NCBI GenBank assembly: GCA_023455425.1
Contig: JAEYCM010000012.1
Location: 52,545-116,544 of the forward strand
Length of the DNA: 64,000 bases
DNA from: Bacillota bacterium
Lineage (GTDB): Bacteria; Bacillota; Clostridia; Christensenellales; CAG-138
Direction of reading: 5' to 3'
The translations under genes and the position numbers were made by a program. The notes under the pieces are model-generated. The model had not been told where the DNA came from. It did no database searches and worked only from the letters and a program-made list of their open reading frames with translations. Within the stretch, counting starts at the first letter, position 1. Each line of letters opens with the position of its first letter. Of the stretch, positions 9,732-18,546 are shown piece by piece.

Positions 9732-9998
9732 ATGGATATCGTAGGAATACTGTTGGCGTTTGCGGCGGGGCTGGTGGTGCTCTATGTGCTGGCCATGGTG
9801 CTGGTCGTTCCGCTCAAATGGATCGGCAAGCTCATTTTCAGCAGCATCATCGGGTTTATCGTGCTCACCGTTATCAATCTTGTCGGCGGCGCGTTATTTC
9901 AGTTTACGCTGCCGCTCAACGCGGTCAACGCGCTTGTGACAGGCATATTCGGCGTACCGGGCGTAGTGTTGCTCGTCATTCTGAAGCTGTTTCTGTAA
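9732..9998 (+). CDS. bofA: Pro-sigmaK processing inhibitor BofA
   Basis: 88-aa two/three-TM protein ending ...LPLNAVNALVTGIFGVPGVVLLVILKLF, typical of BofA. Confidence 0.85.
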   Translation: MDIVGILLAFAAGLVVLYVLAMVLVVPLKWIGKLIFSSIIGFIVLTVINLVGGALFQFTLPLNAVNALVTGIFGVPGVVLLVILKLFL

Positions 9999-10015
9999 TC
10001 AACGCTATATATAGA

Positions 10016-10045
10016 AAAGCGCGCTCCATTCGGAGCGCGCTTTTC
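10016..10045. terminator. Bidirectional intrinsic terminator between bofA and adhE
   Basis: AAAA-GCGCGCTCC-attc-GGAGCGCGC-TTTT. Confidence 0.85.
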
Positions 10046-10065
10046 CTGCTTTTGAAAGCGGTTCC

Positions 10066-12672
10066 TTATTCCCCGTAGTAGGCTTTTTTGTAGATGTCCG
10101 CAAGCTCGCTGATCAGCGGGTAGCGGGGGTTCGCGGTGGTGCACTGGTCTTCAAACGCGCGCTCCGCAAGTGCGGGCGCCTTGGAAAAGAAGGTCGCCTC
10201 GTCAATGCCGCAGGCCTTGATGGAGAGCGGCATGTTCATCAGCTTCATCAGGTGCCTGATTTCGTTGATGAGGCTTTGGATCTGCTCCGCCTCGGTTGCG
10301 CCGGGGAAACCAAGGTAGCGCGCGATCTGCGCATAGCGGTAATCCGCCACAAACTTGCCGTACTTGGGGAAGGCGGCAAACTTGGTGGGCTTCTGCGCGT
10401 TGTAGGCGATGACATGCGGCAGCAGCACCGCGTTTGCGCGGCCGTGGGGGATGTGGAACTCGCCGCCCAGCTTATGCGCCAGCGAGTGGTTGATGCCTAA
10501 AAACGCGTTGGTGAACGCCATTCCCGCGATGCAGGAAGCGTTGTGCATCTTTTCGCGCGCCACGGTATCGGCAGGGTCGCTGTAGGAGCGGTAGAGGTAC
10601 TTGAACACCAGTTCGATCGCCTTGATGGCAAGGCCGTTCGTATAGTCGGAGGCGAGTATGGAAACATACGCCTCGATCGCATGGGTCAATACGTCCATGC
10701 CGGTGTCGGCGACGATGGTCTTGGGCAGCGTGCGCACAAACTGCGGGTCGATGATCGCGACATCGGGTGTCAGTTCGTAATCCGCCAGCGGGTATTTCAC
10801 GTTGCCGTTCGCCTTATCCGTAATGACGGAGAAGGAGGTTACCTCCGAGCCCGTGCCGGAGGTGGTGGGGATGGCCACCATCTGCGTCTTCTTACCCAGG
10901 TTGGGATAGTGGAAGGCGCGCTTTCTGATGTCCAGGAACCGAAGCCTGAGGCCGTCAAATGAGGTCTCCGGGTATTCATAGAACAGCCACATGCCCTTTG
11001 CGGCGTCGATTGCGGAACCGCCGCCCAAAGCGATGATGACGTCCGGCTGGAACACGTTCATGGCTTTGACGCCGCGCATGATGGTATCCACGGAGGGATC
11101 GGGCTCCACTTCGGAGAAGATTTCGCTGTGGCAGTAAATCTGGCGCTTGCGCAGGTAGTAGAGCACCTTATCCACATAGCCAAGCTGCACCATCATGGGG
11201 TCGGTTACGATAAACGCGCGGCTGATGTTGGGCATGTGCTCCAGATATTGCACGGAGTTCTCCTCAAAGTAAATCTTGGGGGGGATTTTAAACCACTGCA
11301 TATTCACTTTCCTCTGCGCGATACGTTTTTTGTTGATGAGGTTGACGGAAGATACGTTGGAGGTCGTAGAGTTTCGTCCGAACGAACCGCATCCAAGCGT
11401 CAGCGACGGCGTGTTGGTGTTGTACAGATCGCCGATCGCGCCGTGCGAAGAGGGAGAGTTGGCAATCACGCGGCCAACCTTCATCGCTTCACCGTAAGCC
11501 TTGCAGAGCGCTTCATCGTTGGAGTGGATGACGGCGGAATGCCCGAGGCCGCCAAGCTCCAGCATGTTTTGCGCGTATGCAAAGCCCTGTTTGTCGTCTT
11601 CCACAACAAAGTAGGCAAGCACAGGGGAGAGTTTTTCAAGAGAAAGCGGGAATTCGCGGGAGGGGCGGGGGAGTTTTGCAAGCAGTATTTTGGTGTCGGC
11701 GGGCACTTTTACGCCTGCCTGCTCCGCGATCCAGGCCGCGGGCTTGCCGACGACGGCGGGGTTGACCGCCAGCTTTTCCACGTTGATGACGTACTTTGTC
11801 ACCTTCTCCGTTTCTTCCTCGTTGAGGAAGTAGCAGGAATATTTCTTCATGGTGGCTTCAAACTGTTCCGCAATCTCGCGGTCCACGATCACTGCCTGCT
11901 CGGAGGCGCAGATCATGCCGTTATCGAACGTCTTGGAAAGGATGAGGTCGTTGCAGGCGCGTTCCACATCCACATTTTTGTTGATGTAGCAGGGGACGTT
12001 GCCGGGGCCCACGCCAAGCGCGGGTTTGCCCGCGCTGTAAGCTGAGCGGACCATGGCCGAGCCGCCGGTCGCCAATATGAGCGCCACGCCCGGGTGGTTC
12101 ATCAGCGCGTTGGTCGCCTCAATGGACGGGATTTCCACCCACTGGATGCAGTTTTTCGGCGCGCCCGCCTTGATCGCGGCGTCCCGCACGATGCGCGCAG
12201 CCTCGCTTGAGCACTTCTGCGCGGAGGGATGGAACGCGAATATGATGGGGTTACGCGTCTTTGCGGAAATCAGGCACTTAAAGAGTGTGGTGGAGGTGGG
12301 GTTGGTCACGGGCGTGACACCCGCGATGACGCCCACGGGCTCCGCGACTTCCACGTAGCCTTCCAAATCGTTTTCCGCAACAACGCCCACGGTCTTTTCG
12401 TTCTTGATGCTGTGGTAAATGTATTCGGTTGCGAACATGTTTTTGATGACCTTGTCTTCCACCACGCCGCGCCCGGTTTCCTCATAGGCGAGTTTGGCCA
12501 GGGTAAGGTGGTTGTCAAGGCCCGCAAGCGTCATGGCGTGTACAATGGTATCGATCTGTTCTTGGTCAAGCTGCATGTATGCGTTGAGAGCGCCTTCGGC
12601 TTTCTTTACCAGCGCGTCGGCCATGCCGCTAATGTCCGGCCTCTGATCCTTTTGCTCTTTGAGCTTTTCCAT
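10066..12672 (-). CDS. adhE: Bifunctional acetaldehyde-CoA/alcohol dehydrogenase
   Basis: 868 aa with an N-terminal aldehyde dehydrogenase domain and a C-terminal iron-type alcohol dehydrogenase domain; full-length AdhE-like. Confidence 0.97.
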   Translation of the reverse strand: MEKLKEQKDQRPDISGMADALVKKAEGALNAYMQLDQEQIDTIVHAMTLAGLDNHLTLAKLAYEETGRGVVEDKVIKNMFATEYIYHSIKNEKTVGVVAENDLEGYVEVAEPVGVIAGVTPVTNPTSTTLFKCLISAKTRNPIIFAFHPSAQKCSSEAARIVRDAAIKAGAPKNCIQWVEIPSIEATNALMNHPGVALILATGGSAMVRSAYSAGKPALGVGPGNVPCYINKNVDVERACNDLILSKTFDNGMICASEQAVIVDREIAEQFEATMKKYSCYFLNEEETEKVTKYVINVEKLAVNPAVVGKPAAWIAEQAGVKVPADTKILLAKLPRPSREFPLSLEKLSPVLAYFVVEDDKQGFAYAQNMLELGGLGHSAVIHSNDEALCKAYGEAMKVGRVIANSPSSHGAIGDLYNTNTPSLTLGCGSFGRNSTTSNVSSVNLINKKRIAQRKVNMQWFKIPPKIYFEENSVQYLEHMPNISRAFIVTDPMMVQLGYVDKVLYYLRKRQIYCHSEIFSEVEPDPSVDTIMRGVKAMNVFQPDVIIALGGGSAIDAAKGMWLFYEYPETSFDGLRLRFLDIRKRAFHYPNLGKKTQMVAIPTTSGTGSEVTSFSVITDKANGNVKYPLADYELTPDVAIIDPQFVRTLPKTIVADTGMDVLTHAIEAYVSILASDYTNGLAIKAIELVFKYLYRSYSDPADTVAREKMHNASCIAGMAFTNAFLGINHSLAHKLGGEFHIPHGRANAVLLPHVIAYNAQKPTKFAAFPKYGKFVADYRYAQIARYLGFPGATEAEQIQSLINEIRHLMKLMNMPLSIKACGIDEATFFSKAPALAERAFEDQCTTANPRYPLISELADIYKKAYYGE

Positions 12673-12758
12673 AACTCATGCTCCTTTTCAAAATGAAAAT
12701 ATATAGCAAGGACCGCTTTGGCGGGTTCCTTATGCTTGCCGGTTGTAGTCAGATATAA

Positions 12759-12776
12759 TTGTTAATTATCTGACAA
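12759..12776. promoter_or_regulatory. Rex-like operator 1 upstream of adhE (TTGTTAATTATCTGACAA)
   Basis: Imperfect inverted repeat resembling the TTGTTAA-N4-TTAACAA Rex box; adhE is a classical Rex target. Confidence 0.4.
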
Positions 12777-12791
12777 AGTCAGCATACTACT

Positions 12792-12809
12792 TTGATAAAT
12801 ATTTGTCAA
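12792..12809. promoter_or_regulatory. Rex-like operator 2 (TTGATAAATATTTGTCAA)
   Basis: 18-bp near-perfect palindrome with TTG...CAA ends in the adhE/NUDIX divergent intergenic region. Confidence 0.4.
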
Positions 12810-12892
12810 TACGTCGTGATATTCATATAAATTTGATGCGGAGGCTCTTTGTAAATGTGCTATTATATAAAAAAACGTACCGGAGGCGCAGT

Positions 12893-13423
12893 TTGGATAT
12901 CATCTTACGGGAATTTGAACAAAAAGAATTATTCGCCATACCCGGCGTGGGCGGAATCGTCCTAAAGGAGCGCTTTGGGGAGACTCATATTTTGATGCAG
13001 GCAAGATGGAAAAAGGACGCGCCGTCGGAAAATGGCCTCATCGAAATCCCCGCGGGAAAAATCCGGGCGTTTGAAAGCATATTTGACGCGCTCAGAAGGG
13101 AAATCAAAGAGGAAACAGGCCTTACGGTAACAGAAATTCTGGGGGAGGAGCGTGCGCCAATCTATGAAGCGGGCGAATATAGGGTCATCAATTTCACGCC
13201 GTTTTCCTGCGCGCAGAATGTGGCGGGGGTATATTCCATCATGGTGTTTGTGTTCCTCTGCCATGTAGAAGGGGAACTGCTGCCCTATTCCGAAGAGGCG
13301 AAGCATTACCAGTGGGTACCCGTCAAGAAACTGAGCACCATGCTCAAAGAGCCGGGCCAACTGTACCCCATGCATGTGGATACGCTGCATAAATATGTAG
13401 AACATATGGATGCGGACAACTAA
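12893..13423 (+). CDS. NUDIX hydrolase
   Basis: Nudix box GKIRAFESIFDALRREIKEETGL. TTG 12893 lies 6 nt after GGAGG; the track start at 12803 and ATG 12836 are alternatives. Confidence 0.8.
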   Translation: MDIILREFEQKELFAIPGVGGIVLKERFGETHILMQARWKKDAPSENGLIEIPAGKIRAFESIFDALRREIKEETGLTVTEILGEERAPIYEAGEYRVINFTPFSCAQNVAGVYSIMVFVFLCHVEGELLPYSEEAKHYQWVPVKKLSTMLKEPGQLYPMHVDTLHKYVEHMDADN

Positions 13424-13473
13424 AAAACGGGGCGGCTATGCCGTCCCGTGATTCGTTTCGATATAAACAGAGA

Positions 13474-14757
13474 TTAGGACGCCTTCTCCGCTATCAGCTT
13501 TTCCAGCGTCGCCAGTTTGAGGCTGATGCAGAATACGGAGATCGCCTCCACAAGCTCGGATACGGGCGGCAGGGTAGGCGCAATGCGGATATTGATATCC
13601 TTGGGGTCACGGCCGTAGGGATGCGTCGCACCCGCGCTCGTCATGACCACGCCCGCTTCCTTGCAGAGCGCCAGCGTACGCTTGGCGCAGCCCGGGAGCG
13701 AATCAAGGCTGATGAAGTATCCCCCTGTGGGCCTGTTCCAACTTGCGATGCCCAAAGGCGCGATCTCACTGTCCAAAGCGTCCAATACGGCAGAGAACTT
13801 GGGTTTGAGTATGGCCGCGTGTTTTTTCATCAATGCAAGCACGTTTTTCTTATTTTTAAGGAATTTTACATGGCGCAGCTGGTTGATCTTATCAAAGCCG
13901 ATCGTCTGATAGTTGGCGATTTTTTTGATATGGTCGAGGTTCGCCTTGCTAGCCGCCATGCACGCGACGCCGGCACCCGGCAGCGTGATCTTGGAGGTGG
14001 AAGCGAATTCAAACACCATGTCCGGGTTGCCTGCCTGCTCGCACAGCGAAAGAATCTCGGCAAAGGGAACGAACGGCCCATCGAACTCGTGCACGCAGTA
14101 CGCGTTATCCCACATGATGAGAAAGTCCGGCGCCGCGGGCTGTAAGGCCGCAATGCGGGCAATGACGGCATCCGAATAGATGATACCCTCGGGGTTAGAA
14201 TACTTGGGTACGCACCACATGCCTTTGACATCCGGGTCCTTTACAGCTTCCTCCACGGCGTTCATATCCGGACCTTCCGGCGTCATGGGGATGGAGATAA
14301 GCTCCATTTTAAAGCTTTCGGATACGCCGAAATGCCGGTCGTAGCCGGGCGTCGGGCAAAGGAATTTGACTTTTTCAAGCTGGCTCCACGGCTTTTCGCT
14401 ATGCAGGAGCCCATGCGTATACGCTTTTGCAATGGTATCGTACATCAGTTGCAGGCTCGCGTTGCCGCCGATAAACACCTGCTCCTCCTTTACGCCCAAA
14501 AGCTCCGCAAACAGGCGCTTGCAGGAGGGGAGACCGTCCAGCAACCCATAATTGCGCACGTCAAGGCCATTGTCCGCGCAATCTTCCGGCGTAACGAGGT
14601 TCGTCAGCAGCTCCATGGAAAGGTCAAGCTGGTCGCTTCCCGGCTTCCCGCGCGACATATCGAGCTTGAGGCCTTTTGCCTTTGCCGCCTCAAATGCGGA
14701 TTGTACCTTCTGATGTTCTGCCTGCAGCTGTAGAAGGGAGAAATCGCTGTAACGCAT
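13474..14757 (-). CDS. PLP-dependent aminotransferase (class I/II fold)
   Basis: MRYSDFSLLQLQAEH...LDMSRGKPGSDQLDL... family. ATG 14757 after CAGGAG; the upstream 86 codons of the track ORF cover a structured leader. Confidence 0.88.
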   Translation of the reverse strand: MRYSDFSLLQLQAEHQKVQSAFEAAKAKGLKLDMSRGKPGSDQLDLSMELLTNLVTPEDCADNGLDVRNYGLLDGLPSCKRLFAELLGVKEEQVFIGGNASLQLMYDTIAKAYTHGLLHSEKPWSQLEKVKFLCPTPGYDRHFGVSESFKMELISIPMTPEGPDMNAVEEAVKDPDVKGMWCVPKYSNPEGIIYSDAVIARIAALQPAAPDFLIMWDNAYCVHEFDGPFVPFAEILSLCEQAGNPDMVFEFASTSKITLPGAGVACMAASKANLDHIKKIANYQTIGFDKINQLRHVKFLKNKKNVLALMKKHAAILKPKFSAVLDALDSEIAPLGIASWNRPTGGYFISLDSLPGCAKRTLALCKEAGVVMTSAGATHPYGRDPKDINIRIAPTLPPVSELVEAISVFCISLKLATLEKLIAEKAS

Positions 14758-15052
14758 GCTGTACTCCTGCTTAACTTTTATTCGCGCGCTGCGGATCTCC
14801 ACGCAGCGTTGCGTTTCTAACATGTACCCGCCTGCCGCATCCTTTGCAGGAAGATATGGAATGGGCTGCATTCGCGTCTTGGTATCCGTTTCAGGCCGCA
14901 TTGCCATAAAAATGCGCGATTCTACCGCGCTGCATAGAAGCATCGCCGACCCTGCGGGCCGGCGAAACGGAGGGTTACGTATGAGTATACCATACTTTTT
15001 GGAGTTTGCATGCAATTTTTTGTTATGGATGATGCAATTCTTGTTTTATCAT

Positions 15053-16744
15053 CTATAGGAAACGCTGGGTGGAGACCTGAAATACGCCCATATCTGTCAG
15101 CCTGCCCTCGGGGATGACGGGTAGCGCCAAAAAGGAGAGCGTGATAAACGGATCGGAAGAACTCTGTATACCTAATAGCGCCGCTTCCTGTAAAAGCCTG
15201 CGTTGTGTTTCTAAAATTTCTTCAAGCGGCGCTTCCGTTATCAGCCCCGCGATGGGCAGCGGGAGAAGCGCGCGCACCTTACCGCCGCGTACCACCACAT
15301 AACCGCCGCCGCTTTTTTCCAGTGCGTCAATCGCGATGTACATATCCGCATCGTTGTCGCCCGCTACGATCAGATTATGGGAATCGTGCGCAACGGTGGA
15401 AGCCAGCGCGCCGTTGACTAGGCCAAGCCCGCTTAATATGCCAAGACCGATATTGCCTGTGGCATGGTGGCGCTCCAGCACAGCCAGTTTATTTAGCCCC
15501 CATCCGCTTTGGAACAGTCCGTTTTCATGCGGCACTTCGCGCACGCTCAGCTTGGTGACAAGCTGACCCGGAATTAACTCGATCACGGGCATGGCTTCTG
15601 CCACTTTGAGCATGAGCGAGTTTGCGCCTCTGGGCTTTAAGTGTACGCTGTTAAGCACCTCGGCGGGAGGAGTGGGGATGGGCAGCGGCGCATCCTTGTA
15701 AAGAACGCCTCCCGTGAATACCGCAAGCGGGCGGAAGCTGTCTAAGTTCGGCAGCAGCACCAGATCCGCGCGGTAGCCGGGCGCGATGGCCCCCAGTTCC
15801 TTTAAGCCGTAATGCCGCGCGGCGTTCCATGTCGCCATGCGAACCGCAATGAGAGGATTGAGGCCGCAGGCCACGGCGCGCCGCAGGATATAATTGATAT
15901 GGCCGTCCCGCCTGATATCCTCCAAGTGCTTGTCGTCCGTACAGAAAGACATATTGTCTGTGGGCAGTTCCTCGTAGGCGATGCGGCGAAGTATGGTTTC
16001 AATGCCGTGCGCCGCGGAACCCATGCGAAGCTGGATATGCATGCCGGTCCTCAGCTTTTCAAGGACCTCTTCGTAATTGGAGCATTCGTGGTCGCTAGAA
16101 GGCCCCGCAATGCGGTAAGCGTGGAGCGCGCGCCCGTTTACTAACGGCGCATGCCCGTCTATGGGGCGGCCGGAAAACAGCAGCAGCTTTTCCAGCATGC
16201 CGGTTTCTCCTGCGGCGACGGACGGATAATCCATCACCTCGCCCAAGCCCAGCACGCGCGGGTGGGAAAGAAAAGGCGCAAGTTCCTTGGCGGAAAGCGC
16301 GGCCCCGTTGTGCTCAAACGGCAGGCAGGGCACACAGGAGGGCAGCATCATATAAACGGAAAGCGGCAGGTTTTCAAACTGCTCCAGCATATAGGTCAGC
16401 CCCGCGCCGCCCGCGACGTTTGCAATCTCATGCGGGTCCGCAATCACGGTCGTGGTGCCGTGCGGCAGCACCGTGCGCGCAAAGCTGACGGGCGTGGACA
16501 TGGAGCTTTCGATGTGTACATGCGCATCGATAAAGCCGGGGCAAACAAAAGCGCCCGCCGCGTCATATTCCTGGTCCGCCGTGTAACTTCCGCCCACGCC
16601 CAGAATACGCTCGCCCGCAAGCGCGATATCCCCGTGTATGATTTCCAGCGTGAACACATTGACAACGCGCGCATTCTTGATTACAAATGTCGCATTCCCT
16701 TCAATCGCCTGTGCAATGGTAGACTGCAATTTGTGTAAATGCAT
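15053..16744 (-). CDS. ade: Adenine deaminase
   Basis: Amidohydrolase motif PGFIDAHVHIESSM plus full-length similarity to Ade. Promoter TTGAAC-16-(TGc)TATACT on the minus strand at 16766-16793. Confidence 0.93.
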   Translation of the reverse strand: MHLHKLQSTIAQAIEGNATFVIKNARVVNVFTLEIIHGDIALAGERILGVGGSYTADQEYDAAGAFVCPGFIDAHVHIESSMSTPVSFARTVLPHGTTTVIADPHEIANVAGGAGLTYMLEQFENLPLSVYMMLPSCVPCLPFEHNGAALSAKELAPFLSHPRVLGLGEVMDYPSVAAGETGMLEKLLLFSGRPIDGHAPLVNGRALHAYRIAGPSSDHECSNYEEVLEKLRTGMHIQLRMGSAAHGIETILRRIAYEELPTDNMSFCTDDKHLEDIRRDGHINYILRRAVACGLNPLIAVRMATWNAARHYGLKELGAIAPGYRADLVLLPNLDSFRPLAVFTGGVLYKDAPLPIPTPPAEVLNSVHLKPRGANSLMLKVAEAMPVIELIPGQLVTKLSVREVPHENGLFQSGWGLNKLAVLERHHATGNIGLGILSGLGLVNGALASTVAHDSHNLIVAGDNDADMYIAIDALEKSGGGYVVVRGGKVRALLPLPIAGLITEAPLEEILETQRRLLQEAALLGIQSSSDPFITLSFLALPVIPEGRLTDMGVFQVSTQRFL

Positions 16745-16880
16745 GGTTCACCTGCTTTTTGTTGTAGTATAGCATGCTTTCCGGTTTGTTCAAGGGGGCG
16801 GAGCTGGATGCGAAAGCGGAAATTTCGGGCGAACCGAAGCGAACTTTCGCTTTTTTATTGAGAAACGCGCGGACCTAATC

Positions 16881-16909
16881 TTGAAAACCCCTCTGTAAAC
16901 TGCTATACT
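16881..16909 (+). promoter_or_regulatory. Sigma-A-type promoter of the riboswitch-controlled operon
   Basis: TTGAAA (16881-16886), 17-nt spacer, TATACT (16904-16909). Confidence 0.7.
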
Positions 16910-16980
16910 TATACCATACGGGGAATGTTCTCCCGTCAGACGTTTTTAATGTACGGCTAAAAATTTTTTTCGTCTCCAGC

Positions 16981-17049
16981 CTCTCGTATAGGTTTGCCAT
17001 GTATGGCGCAAACGTTTCTACGGGGCAGCCCAGTGTCCCGCTATGAGGG
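16981..17049 (+). promoter_or_regulatory. Purine riboswitch aptamer, guanine/hypoxanthine class
   Basis: P1 CUCUCGUA/UAUGAGGG; conserved UAUA...AUGUAUGG...GUUUCUAC...CUAUG core. C (17041) precedes UAUG at the specificity position. Confidence 0.88.
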
Positions 17050-17059
17050 CTCATTCGCA

Positions 17060-17110
17060 ACGGCGCTTCGCGCGTTCTTTTGTTGCGAAGGGCGCTCATT
17101 TTATTTTTTT
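17060..17110 (+). terminator. Riboswitch expression-platform terminator
   Basis: GC-rich stem (GCGCTTCGC...GCGAAGGGCGC) followed by CATTTTATTTTTTT. Confidence 0.75.
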
Positions 17111-17128
17111 CAGAAAGGGGTGGCCTAT

Positions 17129-18499
17129 TTGCGTTATATCATCAAAAACGGACTGATCGTCAATGCGGACGGAAGAAAAGAAGCGGATGTTCTGATCGGG
17201 GACGGCCGTATCCTTGCGGTGGGGAAGCAATTGAACGAGGCGAATGCGGAAGTGATCGACACCTCCGGCTGCTATGTCTTCCCGGGCTTCATCGACCCGC
17301 ACACACACTTTGATCTGGATTTGGGCGTTACCGTCACGGCGGACAATTTCCCCACCGGTACAAAGGCTGCGGTATTGGGCGGTACCACCACAATACTTGA
17401 TTTCGCAACACCCGTGCGTGGCGGCACGCTTAAGGCGGCGCTGGACGTTTGGCATCAAAAGGCAGACGGCAGCTCCTGCAATTATGGGTTCCATATGGCG
17501 CTGGCCGAGTGGAACGAGAACATTTCGCGCGAAATGGACGACATGACCAAGGCAGGGATCACCTCCTATAAAATGTACATGGTGTATCCTGCCCTGCGCG
17601 TCAACGATGGGGAAATTTACCTTGCCATGCAGCGCGGGCGGGAGATCGGCGCGCTCATCAGCATGCATTGCGAAAACTACTATGTGCTTAACGCGAAGAT
17701 CGCAGAACAAAAGGCGGCGGGGAACCTTGGCCCCGCGGCGCATCCGCTTTCGCGTCCTGCCGAAGTCGAGGCGGAAGCCATCAGCCGGTATCTGCGTATC
17801 GCCCAGATGGCGGGCGCAAGCGCATATGTCGTGCACCTTTCCACCGGTGAAGGGCTGCTTGAAGCCAGCCACGCGCGCGCGCGCGGGCAGGAGGTCTATT
17901 TGGAAACCTGTCCGCAATATCTTGTGCTGGATAGCTCCCGTTACAGCGAGCCTGACGGCGCAAAATACGTGATGAGCCCGCCGCTGCGCTCCGTTGCGGA
18001 TCAGGATAGGCTGTGGGCGGGGCTTGCCGGAAATGAGATTGATACCGTGGGTACCGACCATTGTTCCTTTACCATGGAACAAAAAGCTTTGGGGAAAGAC
18101 GACTTTACGAAAATCCCCAACGGCGGGGCGGGCGTACAAAACAGGGCGGCGCTCTATTACACGTATGGTGTACTTTCCGGCAAGCTGACGCTTGAACAGA
18201 TGGCGGCGGAGCTTTCGTCAAACGCGGCAAAGCTGTTTGGTATGTACCCCAATAAGGGCGTCATTGCCGAAGGGGCCGACGCGGATCTCGTCATCTGGGA
18301 CCCGGGGCATGAGGAGACCATTTCCCATAAAACACTTGCGCACAATTGCGACAATTCTCCGTATGAAGGCTTCGGTGTGCGCGGGCGTGCGCGGGATGTG
18401 CTTGTAGGCGGCGGATTGGCGGTCAAGGACGGGAATATGCATAAGTCCGGATTGGGCAAGTATGTGTTCTGTGGACCGTGCCAGGGGTATCGGAAGTAA
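17129..18499 (+). CDS. Cyclic amidohydrolase of the D-hydantoinase/dihydropyrimidinase family
   Basis: FPGFIDPHTHFDL...GGTTTILDF... motifs. No ATG is available; TTG 17129 lies 8 nt after AAAGGGG (GTG 17120 is an alternative). The upstream part of the track ORF is the riboswitch. Confidence 0.88.
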   Translation: MRYIIKNGLIVNADGRKEADVLIGDGRILAVGKQLNEANAEVIDTSGCYVFPGFIDPHTHFDLDLGVTVTADNFPTGTKAAVLGGTTTILDFATPVRGGTLKAALDVWHQKADGSSCNYGFHMALAEWNENISREMDDMTKAGITSYKMYMVYPALRVNDGEIYLAMQRGREIGALISMHCENYYVLNAKIAEQKAAGNLGPAAHPLSRPAEVEAEAISRYLRIAQMAGASAYVVHLSTGEGLLEASHARARGQEVYLETCPQYLVLDSSRYSEPDGAKYVMSPPLRSVADQDRLWAGLAGNEIDTVGTDHCSFTMEQKALGKDDFTKIPNGGAGVQNRAALYYTYGVLSGKLTLEQMAAELSSNAAKLFGMYPNKGVIAEGADADLVIWDPGHEETISHKTLAHNCDNSPYEGFGVRGRARDVLVGGGLAVKDGNMHKSGLGKYVFCGPCQGYRK

Positions 18500-18546
18500 G
18501 ATTCCTTCGCTTTATAAGCGAAGTAGTAAGATAAAGGAGGGCCCGT

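Noticed and set aside
14758-15015. 5' extension (86 codons) of the aminotransferase ORF
   Set aside because: The conserved family N-terminus starts at MRYSDF (ATG 14757) with an RBS. The upstream part contains promoter-like and hairpin elements.
16994-17128. 5' extension of the hydantoinase-like ORF
   Set aside because: This stretch is the purine riboswitch aptamer plus its terminator. Reading it as coding is an artefact of open frames in GC-rich DNA.
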